Virus record (IMG/VR): IMGVR_UViG_3300037424_001177 | Span: 95,229 to 159,228 of that record | Length of the DNA stretch: 64,000 nt | Strand: one strand, 5' to 3' | Source: a virus | In this document: positions 19,830 through 30,188 of the stretch, in pieces | Layout of the letters: each line of letters opens with the position of its first letter | Position numbering within the stretch: the first letter of the stretch is position 1 | Translations under genes and position numbers: made by a program | Notes under the pieces: generated by a model | Told to the model about the DNA's origin: nothing | Seen by the model: the letters and a program-made list of their open reading frames with translations, nothing else | The model's database searches: none

Positions 19830-21610
19830 TGGAGGCCCCGACTAAATCGAACCCGTTGCTGGAGAAGCTGCGGGTTATCAGGTCTCGAAAAGACTTGAAG
19901 CCATTGCCGCCGACGCCTCTGTTGAAAACGGAGATTCGAGGACTCGACGGAGAGTTGACACCGCTTCAGATCCGGTACTACCAGATCCAAGCTATCCTCA
20001 CCATGCTCGCGATGAAGCGCATGGTGCTTGGTGATGATACTGGGATCGGGAAGACGTTTGAAACTTTAGCGACACTTTGTTATCTGTGGGGGAAGCACCC
20101 AAATACAAAAGTCGTGGTCGTCGCACCGAAGAGTGCGCTTCGCCAGTGGGCGAGTGAGATCGCCAAATTCACACAAGGTGTCAAGTCCTTCGTCGTCGCG
20201 GATCAAAAGATCAAAGACAAGCCACCGGCTGAAGCGCGCCGCCTAGTTTACGAGGAATGGCTTCGAACAGACCAGTCTGTTCTCATCTTGAGTTACAAGA
20301 CGCTGATCATCGACTGGAACTACGACGGCTATCGACCGTTGTTGCCTGGTACGGCACGCCCCGATCCCAAGCAACCTGTGATACCAGGAATGCTCGATCG
20401 ACTTTTCAAGTCTTCCGGTCCGAACCTTGTCCTCATTTACGACGAGTGCACAGCATTCAAGGAGACCCGCACGAAGACGTGGGAGATTTGCCGATACGCT
20501 GCGCAGTCAGCTGATCGTGTGTACGGCCTCACCGCAACCTTGCTCAAAAATCGCCTCTTCGAGGGGTACGGTATTTACAAGGTCATCGTGCCTACTTTAT
20601 TCCGCACGAAGACCGGTTTCATGAAGGACTTCTGTTACGTCGAGTTGTTGGAGGTGCAGCGTGGTAGAAAGATCCCAATCATCAAGGGTTACAAGAATCT
20701 AGACCAGTTTCGACGGACGATCGAACCTGTCTACCTCGGTCGGGCTAAGCATACGGTCACGACTGACCTTCCTGTCCTCACTACTCGGGAGTTTTTGATC
20801 GAGCTCAATCGCGCTGAACGGATCAAGTACCAGGAGGCGTTGCGAGGCTTGATTGAACTTGGCGACGGCGATTTGAAGTCCTTCAGTGAGACCAAGGCTT
20901 TGACCAGCCTCATTTACTGTCAACAGGTTGTGAACTCCCTCGCACTGCTGAAGTTTCAAGAAGGCGACGACGTAGGAGATTTCAGCGATGTTTTGAGCGG
21001 GGACACCGCTAAGGTTGGCAGTTTGAGCAGCAAGGAAGCCGCTCTGATCGATCTTTTGACGGATGAGTTGGATGGGGCCAAGGTCATCGTCTACACGCGT
21101 TTCGCGAGCCACACCACGCGGTTGTGTGAGATCTTAGCAAAGCACAAAATCAGGGCCGTAAAAATCACAGGGGCTGAAAACACACGACAGCGTGATGAGG
21201 CGCAAGCTGCGTTTCAAGACCTGAAGTCCGACGTGCGTGTTGTCGTGATCACGAACGCGGGTTCTGAAGCCATCAACCTGCAAGCTGGGGCAGCTCTCAT
21301 TTACTTCGACATGCCGTGGTCGTGGGGGGACTTCGTTCAGATCCTAGGACGCATGGTCCGGATCGGATCCCCTCACCGCGGTGTCTTAGTGTACTTGTTC
21401 TTGGCTGAGCTGGACGGTGAGGGCAAAGCCAGGAAGACGATCGACCATCACGTACTGACCTTGTTGCGAAAGAAGAAGCGCTTGATCGAACAAGTTCTGT
21501 CGGCAGACAAAGTGGGAGCGATCGAACTGGAGAAGGACAAAGATGGCAGTACCCGCGACTTATTCCGTCTGATGAGAGAGTCACAGAAGGTCGTGAGGGG
21601 AGAAGTCTAG
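19829..21610 (+). CDS. SNF2-family helicase/ATPase
   Basis: DDTGIGKT, DEC, GLTAT, GSEAINLQ, Q..GR..RIG. Confidence 0.9.
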   Translation: MEAPTKSNPLLEKLRVIRSRKDLKPLPPTPLLKTEIRGLDGELTPLQIRYYQIQAILTMLAMKRMVLGDDTGIGKTFETLATLCYLWGKHPNTKVVVVAPKSALRQWASEIAKFTQGVKSFVVADQKIKDKPPAEARRLVYEEWLRTDQSVLILSYKTLIIDWNYDGYRPLLPGTARPDPKQPVIPGMLDRLFKSSGPNLVLIYDECTAFKETRTKTWEICRYAAQSADRVYGLTATLLKNRLFEGYGIYKVIVPTLFRTKTGFMKDFCYVELLEVQRGRKIPIIKGYKNLDQFRRTIEPVYLGRAKHTVTTDLPVLTTREFLIELNRAERIKYQEALRGLIELGDGDLKSFSETKALTSLIYCQQVVNSLALLKFQEGDDVGDFSDVLSGDTAKVGSLSSKEAALIDLLTDELDGAKVIVYTRFASHTTRLCEILAKHKIRAVKITGAENTRQRDEAQAAFQDLKSDVRVVVITNAGSEAINLQAGAALIYFDMPWSWGDFVQILGRMVRIGSPHRGVLVYLFLAELDGEGKARKTIDHHVLTLLRKKKRLIEQVLSADKVGAIELEKDKDGSTRDLFRLMRESQKVVRGEV

Positions 21611-22480
21611 TTGTCTTGCGATCGTTGTGGCTTGACGCCTTATGATGGGTGTAAGGACGGGGAAATCTCGGTCAACGACATCACAGTACGTCGCTGCCCG
21701 AACATCTGTGTCCGCGAAGCCGTTGATTCCATCCATCGGCGTTTGGGCTCTGAAATAGCCTCTGCTGCTAATATTTTGGAGAGTCCATTCTATCGACCGC
21801 GTAAAGACGAGTCAGCAACATCTGAGGTCGACTGCACAACAAAAAACGTTCGTATCCGAGGCACAACTTGGTCCGAATTCCTTCCTCATCTCAAGTTAGT
21901 GTTGGTTTGTCATCCGACACTGACTTTCAAGATAGTTGACGACGGCCGTTTGCGTGACGTGTTCGTCGGAGGAGAAGCCTACAGGTCGACGGCTGTTTCA
22001 AAGCGTGACCAGCGTGAAACACATAACGTGATCCGAGAGTTGGTAGGACAGGAATTCGGTTTGGTCATTCTTCGTCTAGGACATCTTGGTTGGAGGAACG
22101 TGGCCGCGAGCGGTGTCCTAGAAGAGGCTCTCAAAATCCGTGAAACAGACAATCAGCCTACGTGGGTATTTGAGTCCTGTGACCCGGCTTACGTGTGGAA
22201 ACATTCACACAGTATTGAGGTGGAGTCCTACATTGAGTCCCGTTACGAAGAGGTGCATTTGACTTCTGAATTGGGCGTGGAAGTCGCGTCTGGCGATATC
22301 GGTCTTGATTCACCGGAGACCTCGGAAGACTTGTTTGTGGATGTGGAGACCGCGCCGGTTGAACATTCGTCTTTCGTGCCGGAAACGGCTCAAGGCAGTT
22401 TCGGGGAACCCTCTGACGAGAGCGACAGGTTGGATGTTATGTTGGGCGGAGGTTCGAAACGTCCTAAGTACAGACGTTGA
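21611..22480 (+). CDS. Replication-associated protein (possible degenerate helicase loader)
   Basis: N-terminal Cys cluster, position directly before DnaB; no intact Walker A. Confidence 0.4.
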   Translation: MSCDRCGLTPYDGCKDGEISVNDITVRRCPNICVREAVDSIHRRLGSEIASAANILESPFYRPRKDESATSEVDCTTKNVRIRGTTWSEFLPHLKLVLVCHPTLTFKIVDDGRLRDVFVGGEAYRSTAVSKRDQRETHNVIRELVGQEFGLVILRLGHLGWRNVAASGVLEEALKIRETDNQPTWVFESCDPAYVWKHSHSIEVESYIESRYEEVHLTSELGVEVASGDIGLDSPETSEDLFVDVETAPVEHSSFVPETAQGSFGEPSDESDRLDVMLGGGSKRPKYRR

Positions 22481-22486
22481 TCCACT

Positions 22487-23959
22487 ATGTCCAAACGGCT
22501 TTTACGTGGCATCATCGATTTCGGTGATGCCAAGCTCACGATCGAGCAAATAGACGGCAACTATCGTCGTCTATTGAGGTCAGGGTTTGAGTGGTACAAC
22601 CCTGATGAGACCAAGATCTGGACCTACGTACAAGAGTACGTTCAACAGAATCTTGAACCTCCGGACTGGGCGTCGATACGCGACTACTTCGAGCGAAATA
22701 ATGAAATAACGGTTGTCGAAAAACTTGCCGACATCAAAACAGTCGAAGCCTACACTCGCAGTAACTACGGCACGCTGCTCAAAACGCTACGTGAGGAGCA
22801 GGCCCAAAACAAGGTTCGAAAACTGCTACGCGATGTCGAAGAGATCATCACGAAGGGGCGCGTCGAAGGCAAGACACAGCTGAAAGGTGTCACACATGCC
22901 CTACAGTACTTCAACCAACACATCTACGAGGAGGTCCCTCGAGACCACAATATTCAAATTGAAGGGGACATCGTACACGATACAGAGCGTGTGTGGGCAG
23001 AGTACCAAGATGCCAAGTCACAAAAAGACAAGGCTTATGGGAAATTCACAGGCATTGATCACATTGACAAAACCTGCCACGGTATCAAGAAAGGCGAACT
23101 GTGGGTTCACGCTGCCGCGACCGGCGAATTGAAATCTTCATTTGCGATCAATTGGTGCTATAACCTGGCGACACGCTATCGCACACACAGCTTGTACGTC
23201 AGCCTTGAAATGCGATACGAGCATTTGCGGCGTCTCTTGGCGGTGATGCACACGTCCAATGGGAAGTTTGTGGCTCAGGGGCGCCAACCCCTGGACTATC
23301 GCAAGGTGCGCGACGGGGAGCTGACCAAAGAGGAAGAAGCCTTCTACAAAGAAGCTCTGCACGATCTCGAGAACAATCCTGAATACCACAAGATTCGGGT
23401 TTACTCACCTGATCGGAAAGTCGGTATCGATGACATTCGTGTGTACGCGGAGTCCGTCCATCGATCGATGGATGTAGGTCTATTAGTTGTCGATCATAGC
23501 GGTCTTGTCAAAGCCGCTCGGGCACACAAGGACTACACCGTTGAGCACAACACGGTAATCGTTGACGCTAAGCTTCTTGCACTACACTTCAATGGTGGAA
23601 CTGGCTTACCGGTTTTGCTGTTGCATCAGATCAACCGCCAGGGCAAGGACGCAGCGGACAAGCAGGAGGGGACTGAGAAGGAGGGCGTGTATCGGTTCAG
23701 CAATCTAAGTTACGCAAATGAAGCAGAACGCTCCGCTGACTACGTGACGACGTCGTATTTGTGTGACTCCTTGCGGGCCGCAGGAGAGACCATTTTTTGC
23801 AATCTGAAGAATCGTGACAACGACTTGTTCAGCAAGGTGAAGGTGAAGGTCGACTTCGCGAACGCTCGAAGGTTGCGTAACCTGGAAGGTCAGGAATCCT
23901 TCAACAACAAGGAGCTGACCAAAGAGGATTTGCGCCTGTTGAACGAGGCTGGACTGTGA
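22487..23959 (+). CDS. dnaB: Replicative DnaB-like helicase
   Basis: TGI..ID...GIKKGEL, AATGELKS, VSLEM, LVVDH, QINR, ERSAD. Confidence 0.85.
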   Translation: MSKRLLRGIIDFGDAKLTIEQIDGNYRRLLRSGFEWYNPDETKIWTYVQEYVQQNLEPPDWASIRDYFERNNEITVVEKLADIKTVEAYTRSNYGTLLKTLREEQAQNKVRKLLRDVEEIITKGRVEGKTQLKGVTHALQYFNQHIYEEVPRDHNIQIEGDIVHDTERVWAEYQDAKSQKDKAYGKFTGIDHIDKTCHGIKKGELWVHAAATGELKSSFAINWCYNLATRYRTHSLYVSLEMRYEHLRRLLAVMHTSNGKFVAQGRQPLDYRKVRDGELTKEEEAFYKEALHDLENNPEYHKIRVYSPDRKVGIDDIRVYAESVHRSMDVGLLVVDHSGLVKAARAHKDYTVEHNTVIVDAKLLALHFNGGTGLPVLLLHQINRQGKDAADKQEGTEKEGVYRFSNLSYANEAERSADYVTTSYLCDSLRAAGETIFCNLKNRDNDLFSKVKVKVDFANARRLRNLEGQESFNNKELTKEDLRLLNEAGL

Positions 23960-24576
23960 GTGACGAGCTTCGCGCGTGGTACAAACAACGGGTTGCGAAA
24001 ATTCACGACCAGGTGTCTGTGCACAGCGTTCTACGCCAACACGGCATTAAGCTTTCAAGCCACGACAAGGAAGAGCAAATTTCTTGCCCCTTTCATGGCA
24101 AGGACGAGAAGCCGAGTGCTCGAGTCTACCTTTCGTCTTCAGGGGGACCCAGCGGAGCCTGGTGTTTCGTCTGTCGCGAGCGTTGGGATGTCATTGCTCT
24201 TTGGCGAAAGTTCAACGACTCAGAGCAACCATTCGGGAAAACTCTTTCGGAAATTGAGCGCGCCTACCAGATCACGACGCCTCCAGTTCCTGAAGGTGTT
24301 GATGTCGTAAAAGAGGTTTCTGATCGTCGACACGAGTCGTGGTCAGAGTTTCAGGAGCAAGTAGAGACTAGGTTGCGCAGCACGCGAGACGATTTTCTTC
24401 GGGCCGACAACTTCAAGAGCTACGCCGCTGCGGGCATCGTATTGGATCGCATCGATTACGCGGTTCGACACGGAACTTTGAGCTACGAGGAAGCCAAAAA
24501 ATCTCTCAACGCTTTGCTGAACAAGATCGGTGAGAGAGTTCGTCATGGCCCGGCAAGTCAAAATCCCGACACATGA
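23956..24576 (+). CDS. CHC2 zinc-finger protein (primase Zn-binding domain only)
   Basis: CPFH.KDEKPS...WCFVC...DVI. Confidence 0.8.
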   Translation: MSDELRAWYKQRVAKIHDQVSVHSVLRQHGIKLSSHDKEEQISCPFHGKDEKPSARVYLSSSGGPSGAWCFVCRERWDVIALWRKFNDSEQPFGKTLSEIERAYQITTPPVPEGVDVVKEVSDRRHESWSEFQEQVETRLRSTRDDFLRADNFKSYAAAGIVLDRIDYAVRHGTLSYEEAKKSLNALLNKIGERVRHGPASQNPDT

Positions 24577-24973
24577 GCGAGGCGAAATCTCAGCGTTGTT
24601 GGTTCAGTCCCACAACGGTATTTGGGAGTCAGAGTGGGATTCATTGCGTGGGACTATCTACGAAGGCTTGGTCACCAAGGTCGATTTTGAAATCTTAGAG
24701 CAAGCTCTTCAGGGGTGGAGTCGCCCCTTGTCAGAGGCCCTCGGTTTGCCGCCAGTCGGATCGATCAAAAAGTTACCTATTGAAGCGAAACAGTGCTCAC
24801 AAAAACAAACCTGTCCGTTTCACGACAAGCATTGCCAAGCTGAGCATCGACAACGCCCGCCATGTTACATGCCCGGCGGTGTTGTAGGAGACGTGCAGGA
24901 GACATTGACGCGGGCTCTCGACCTCTGGAAGCTAGACGTCTACATTTTGGTGGTCGAACGCGATGGCATCTGA
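24545..24973 (+). CDS. Hypothetical Cys-containing protein
   Basis: ORF overlapping both neighbours in replication operon. Confidence 0.55.
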   Translation: MARQVKIPTHERGEISALLVQSHNGIWESEWDSLRGTIYEGLVTKVDFEILEQALQGWSRPLSEALGLPPVGSIKKLPIEAKQCSQKQTCPFHDKHCQAEHRQRPPCYMPGGVVGDVQETLTRALDLWKLDVYILVVERDGI

Positions 24974-27887
24974 AGACGACGACCTCTTGAGTTTTTTGGG
25001 ACTCGTCGAAACTCCCAAAAAATCCGAACCAAAAAAGGCAATGACTCCTATTGCGGTGGGAGGTAACGCCGAAGCATTTCTAGCGTTGCAGAACGACATT
25101 GCGGACAAGGTCAAAGAAACTTCTCTACGTAAACGGTGGATGAAGTTTCATCGTTTCACTTTGGTGAAGACGGTCGAGGAAGTTCGTGCTTTGGTAGACC
25201 GTGCGCTAGCACATGGCCGCTGTTCCCTGGATCTTGAAACTGGAGGATTCGACAACCGCATTGACTACGTCGACGGGCGTCCGAGAACCAAACATCAAAT
25301 TGTAGGGTACGCCATTTCAGTTCGCGGACACGGACACTACATTCCGGTGCGTCACCACTACGACGCCAATTACGAGGAGCGTGACCCAAACGTTCCTGTT
25401 GAGTCCGTGGAGCAAGAGATCACACGACTTTGCCGAGCATCCCAACCTGTCTTGACTCCGGAAGGGTTAGCCGACGATCCGTTAGGATCAAAGGCAATAC
25501 AAGAACCTGGAAAGGTCATCGTCTATTTCGCCAATGCCAAGTTCGACCAGGAGTTTCTGTACCCTGTTACCGGCATCGACTTCTGGCATCCGTCGAGCTT
25601 TGAAGACGCGGAGCTTGCGATTTATGCTGTGCACTCTGACGCTGATCTCGGCTTGAAGGACAACGCTCTACGGTTTCTCAAGATCAAAGACCCTGAGACG
25701 AAGGAATACGTCCCGTATGAGATGATCAACTACGACGAGCTGTTTCCTCCCAACACGCCTCGTAGGGAGCGCAAGATTGCCACGCGCTATCCTGACGACG
25801 ACAGTGACATCGTCGTCTACGGCTGCTCGGATGCTATTTGCACCGAATTGCTTTGCGAGCATCGCAAGACGGATTGGGAACACACGCAGCCCGGTCTGGA
25901 GTATGATTATCGGGAGGTCGTCAGCGCTGTCATCGAGTCCAAGTACACGTTCACGTATCGTCTGGAGAAACAGACTGTACAGGTGATTCGTGTCATGGAG
26001 CGAAACCGCTCCAAGATTGATCGGGCAGAAATCCAAAGACTGTTAACTGAGGCTGAGGCCGAACTAGCGACGTTACTGACGGAAATACGAAAGGTTGGGA
26101 TAGCGCGTGACAGGACCTTGTTCGCGGAACTGAACCCAGGATCGCCGAAGCAATTGTCGGATTTCTTGTTCTCGGAAAGAGGACTTGATCTAAAACCGAA
26201 ACCGAATTTCACGGAGGCTAAGCAGCAATACGAGACCAACGCCAAGGTCCTCGAGAAGCTCGGTGACGCCCCAGGGGCCTCTAAGGTCCTGACCGACATC
26301 ATCAAGTACAAGCAAATCGACAAGATCAAGGGCACCTATCTACAGGGGATGTTGGATACGTGTGATGACCAGGACCAACTGAGGTACAAGTTCAATCAGT
26401 TGGGGGCCATCACAGGTCGATTTACTGCACCCCAAGGTGATACTAGCGACGGCTACGCGGGAATCCCAATTCAGGGGATCCCTGTTCGAGACGATCCCAA
26501 AAAACCCAAGGTCGCACATTCGCTGCGGCGAGCCTTCATCGCACGTGACGGCTACACCTTGGTGAAGTGCGACTACTCAGGGCAAGAGCTTCGAATTTCC
26601 ACCAATCTGTCTGGCGAGGACGTGTGGATCAATGAGTTTTTGCACGGCACTGGCGATATCCATACGATCACAGCCAAGAACATCTTCGGTCCACACATCA
26701 CCAAGAAAGATGAAGTCGAGCGAGACAAAGGCAAGCGCGTCAACTTCTCCATCTTGTATGGAGGTGGGATCAAGGCTGTTCAACGGAACGCAGGATGTGC
26801 GGAGCATGACGCTGCTCGCTGGATCGAACAGTTCCTAGCGGGGGTGCCCAAGATAGAGCAATGGATCAAGAAGCAACACGCGTTTGTCAAAGCCAACAAG
26901 GGTGTCTATTCGGCATTCCGTCGTTGGATTGAGGTTCCTGGTGCGGCCATCAAAGAGGGGGATCTTTCGTGTCAACGGTGTGGGCACTGTTTTACCCCGA
27001 AGAAAGCTGAGACAGAACCTTGTTCAAATTGCGGAGAGAAAATACGTCTAGCCGTAATTGACAAGAAAGAAGCCTGGTCAAGAAAGGGCTCAGCCGAACG
27101 CGAGTCCGTTAACTACCCTGTGCAGGCCACAGGAGCTGACATCATGAAAGTTGCTTTGGTGCTCCTCACTAAAGCATTTCGCAAGCTCAATTGGGACCGG
27201 TATTACGATCAGAATTGGAACCAACTCGGAGACGACCGGGTTCGTATGATTCTGACAGTGCACGACGAAATCGTGTTCGAGATCAAGCATCAACATTTGA
27301 TGGAGGTGATTCCTGTCGTCATTGAGCTCATGGAATATCCGAGTCAGCTGCTACAATGGAAAGTCCCTTTAGTTGTCGATGTCTCACTGGGCCTGAACTG
27401 GGGCAGCAAGATCGCGTGGGACAAGGTGATTTCCAAGAAGACCCCTGTGCCAGAGTGGCTGGTGGAGTTCGTGACTCCAGACGCTTTGCCTGAGAAGATA
27501 CCAGCCGGTCTACCACTGGTCCCGACGATTTCGTCAACTGCGACGACTTTTACTCCGCCTGCTGCTTCTGTCTCGACGGTTCGTGCCGCGTCGCCGGTAG
27601 ACCCCTTGCCAAAGACCGCGACAAATGGTATCCAAAAACCAGTCGCGAAAAAAATTGCTCGATTCGTACTGTGCCAGACGTACCTCACAGAAGCTTCTGT
27701 GAGACTGACCTATGAGGCGGTGGCTGGATCGCTCCAACCTGGAGGGGATGTGTTATTGTGTCTGGTCGATCAGCACGATAACGTGCTGATCGACCCTTTG
27801 GAGAAACCGATACCGATTGACCCTGTATGTTTTGGTCACAAGATGGCGGATCGCGGGTTGGGTCCTGTAACTTACGTGCTGACTTGA
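24963..27887 (+). CDS. polA: Family A DNA polymerase with 3'-5' exonuclease
   Basis: ExoI DLETGG; TGRF; motif A CDYSGQELR; motif B KRVNFSILYG; motif C TVHDEI. Confidence 0.93.
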   Translation: MASEDDDLLSFLGLVETPKKSEPKKAMTPIAVGGNAEAFLALQNDIADKVKETSLRKRWMKFHRFTLVKTVEEVRALVDRALAHGRCSLDLETGGFDNRIDYVDGRPRTKHQIVGYAISVRGHGHYIPVRHHYDANYEERDPNVPVESVEQEITRLCRASQPVLTPEGLADDPLGSKAIQEPGKVIVYFANAKFDQEFLYPVTGIDFWHPSSFEDAELAIYAVHSDADLGLKDNALRFLKIKDPETKEYVPYEMINYDELFPPNTPRRERKIATRYPDDDSDIVVYGCSDAICTELLCEHRKTDWEHTQPGLEYDYREVVSAVIESKYTFTYRLEKQTVQVIRVMERNRSKIDRAEIQRLLTEAEAELATLLTEIRKVGIARDRTLFAELNPGSPKQLSDFLFSERGLDLKPKPNFTEAKQQYETNAKVLEKLGDAPGASKVLTDIIKYKQIDKIKGTYLQGMLDTCDDQDQLRYKFNQLGAITGRFTAPQGDTSDGYAGIPIQGIPVRDDPKKPKVAHSLRRAFIARDGYTLVKCDYSGQELRISTNLSGEDVWINEFLHGTGDIHTITAKNIFGPHITKKDEVERDKGKRVNFSILYGGGIKAVQRNAGCAEHDAARWIEQFLAGVPKIEQWIKKQHAFVKANKGVYSAFRRWIEVPGAAIKEGDLSCQRCGHCFTPKKAETEPCSNCGEKIRLAVIDKKEAWSRKGSAERESVNYPVQATGADIMKVALVLLTKAFRKLNWDRYYDQNWNQLGDDRVRMILTVHDEIVFEIKHQHLMEVIPVVIELMEYPSQLLQWKVPLVVDVSLGLNWGSKIAWDKVISKKTPVPEWLVEFVTPDALPEKIPAGLPLVPTISSTATTFTPPAASVSTVRAASPVDPLPKTATNGIQKPVAKKIARFVLCQTYLTEASVRLTYEAVAGSLQPGGDVLLCLVDQHDNVLIDPLEKPIPIDPVCFGHKMADRGLGPVTYVLT

Positions 27888-27895
27888 CGCCATGG

Positions 27896-27981
27896 TTTCA
27901 ATTTATCCCCCATCTAACGAAGACGACGGAAAACTCAACTTAGCAGAAGTAATCTTTCGTCACAAGCAACTCCTTACTTTC
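27896..27981 (-). mobile_element. Promoter + single CRISPR-like repeat cassette (B), 11-bp flanking duplication
   Basis: TGACGCCATGG at 27885-27895 and 27982-27992; TTGTGA-17 nt-TAAGTT; TTCCGTCGTCTTCGTTAGATGGGGGATAAATTGAAAC. Confidence 0.75.
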
Positions 27982-27988
27982 TGACGCC

Positions 27989-28513
27989 ATGGCGAAGCAA
28001 GACTACCTCCGGCTCTGCAACGACCACAATGTCTCTCACGAGGACTTCACGTTGCAGTTCTGTTCTCGTTGTCAGCAGGCGGAGTGCTCTCGCAGTCAGC
28101 ATGGAAGATCCAGATTTGATCAGCGCGTCCTCTCCTGGGAGAGTCGTCTCTTTACGGGGGTGTCTCGCATGTCCCAAGACGACAGCCGGTACTCTGAAAT
28201 CACGGCCAAGCATTTTGTCGAGGTCGAGCAGCCCAGATCAGAGTGGGTGGATCCTAGGGAAGTCCCTTCCACGACGACTATCTCGATTCCTGCGCCCAAT
28301 GTACATACTGACGTTTCGGAACCTGAACCGGTTGTACAGGTGACCGACCTTGACCCGGTTGCACGGATCCCCAGTTACAACACACCTGTGCGCCAAGGCC
28401 AAATGATCGGCACGCCGATAACAACGCCGAGCGTCAAGGCTGATCCGTGGGAAGCCCCAATCAAGAGCAATGAGCGGATTGTGAAGCCTGGAGCCAAGAT
28501 TAGGTTTCAGTGA
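27989..28513 (+). CDS. Hypothetical protein with N-terminal Cys motif
   Basis: C..F...FCSRC...EC.RS; ATG lies in the duplicated 11-mer. Confidence 0.6.
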   Translation: MAKQDYLRLCNDHNVSHEDFTLQFCSRCQQAECSRSQHGRSRFDQRVLSWESRLFTGVSRMSQDDSRYSEITAKHFVEVEQPRSEWVDPREVPSTTTISIPAPNVHTDVSEPEPVVQVTDLDPVARIPSYNTPVRQGQMIGTPITTPSVKADPWEAPIKSNERIVKPGAKIRFQ

Positions 28514-28538
28514 TTCGGTGTTTCGTAAAATCGGCCTC

Positions 28539-30188
28539 ATGACCACTAGCTTGTCAGCGGATTTGGACTTCCACCGATGTGCGGGAAACCGGTTCCTCTA
28601 CTACGTGACGGACGAAGAAGATCGTTTCCTGTTAGACCTCGGGAAACTCTTCAAGGATAGGCCTGAGCTAGTCAATCTCTATTCTCCGGCGATGGGTCTC
28701 GTCAACTTGGTGTCAGCGCTCAAAAGTTGGCATGATCCGACGATCAAGGCTGAGCCGACCACAAAGGACGCGGACAAGGCTCTCAGAAAGATCCGCCCTT
28801 TGGTTCAGGAGGAGTGTTGCTGGGTATTCACCGATCCTGAGCGGCTGTTTCGAGATGCCCTAATTGTTCGGCTGATCCTGGATCTCATTCACGTTTGCAA
28901 CCACGCACCGAAGGTTGGTGTGACAGTGATCTTTCTTGGGCCAAGGATCACGATCCCGGCCTCTTTGGAAAGGTACCTTCAAGTCGTTCGTGATCCGGGG
29001 ATCAGCAAGCGGCGACTGGAAAACCTCGTGGGTCGCATCTGTCGAGAGTACAAGGTCGAACCACCTGCGGATCTTTCTTTGTTTCGCGACATGTCGACGT
29101 ACGAGATCCGTTCCGCCATTGGACAAAGCGCTGCTTCTACGGTACCTGAGTCACGTGTTGATCCGCAATACGTGACTCAGCTGAAGAGTCGCCGCCTTCT
29201 GGCGACTGGACTTGTGACGTTGGTCAAAGACGTTGCGTCTTTGGATGATTTAGGCGGAGCCGATCGGTTCAAGTCGTGGGCTCAGGATCAGAAAGCAACC
29301 TGGTCGCCTGAAGGACAGAAACAAAGACTTGTTCCGCCTCGCGGGTTGATCCTGCTTGGCTTCTGGGGGTGTGGCAAAAGCCTATCTGCGCGTGCTCTTG
29401 CAGGATGTTGGCAACTTCCCCTGTTCGAACTCGATTTCGGACGTCTAAGAGAACGAGGTCTTGGGGACTCTGAAGGTAACGTTCGCAAGGCAATTGATAT
29501 TCTGGAAGCGTCTGCGCCTGCTTTGGTTTGGATCGATGAAGCCGAAAGAAACCTGTCAGGTGACCCGTCATCGACGTACAGTGATGCAGGTACTACCTCG
29601 CGTATGCATGCTCGGTTCGCTACCTGGCTACAAGAGACTAAAGCCTCGCTGTGCTTCGTATTCACTGTCAACAACATGGCTGCCCTTCCTGTTGCTTTCG
29701 TTCGACGCAGTAATGAGCGGTTTTTCTTTGGTCCGCCAACTCCTGCTGAGTGTTTGGAGATCCTGAAGATCCATCTTCGCAAACATACATCTTCGAAGCT
29801 CACGAACATAGAATGCAGCGAACTGATGCAGGCTGCACACGGCCTTGTCGGTAGTGAAATCGAGCAATCGATCAACGACGCCTTGTTGCAGTCCTACCTA
29901 AAGCAGTCCTACCTCATTTATGAGGTAGGAGTGGCGTTGACCAACAGACCAAGGCTGCTACGCGCCTTTTCTCGTGAGGCTGAGGCACTGCACGATTGGA
30001 TCGGGTACGATCCGATTGCAAGAGACGGCGTTCGAGCCAGATACGCGTCGTCGCTAGAAGGAGACAGTAATGGATCAATTGTCGAAAGAACCACCGATAC
30101 GATCCCTTGCGATGACTGTCCGGCCGATTCCTCCGGATTTGTTGGCAGCCCGATTGATACTCAAGGCGCGTCCGGACCTTCTGTATGA
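28539..30188 (+). CDS. AAA+ ATPase (Ycf46-like)
   Basis: DLGG, Walker A GFWGCGKS, G.SE.N+R, Walker B VWIDE, TVN. Confidence 0.85.
   Translation: MTTSLSADLDFHRCAGNRFLYYVTDEEDRFLLDLGKLFKDRPELVNLYSPAMGLVNLVSALKSWHDPTIKAEPTTKDADKALRKIRPLVQEECCWVFTDPERLFRDALIVRLILDLIHVCNHAPKVGVTVIFLGPRITIPASLERYLQVVRDPGISKRRLENLVGRICREYKVEPPADLSLFRDMSTYEIRSAIGQSAASTVPESRVDPQYVTQLKSRRLLATGLVTLVKDVASLDDLGGADRFKSWAQDQKATWSPEGQKQRLVPPRGLILLGFWGCGKSLSARALAGCWQLPLFELDFGRLRERGLGDSEGNVRKAIDILEASAPALVWIDEAERNLSGDPSSTYSDAGTTSRMHARFATWLQETKASLCFVFTVNNMAALPVAFVRRSNERFFFGPPTPAECLEILKIHLRKHTSSKLTNIECSELMQAAHGLVGSEIEQSINDALLQSYLKQSYLIYEVGVALTNRPRLLRAFSREAEALHDWIGYDPIARDGVRARYASSLEGDSNGSIVERTTDTIPCDDCPADSSGFVGSPIDTQGASGPSV

Noticed and set aside
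19829-27887. Inteins or introns in helicases and polymerase
   Set aside because: Frames are continuous and no intein splice or LAGLIDADG motifs were seen.
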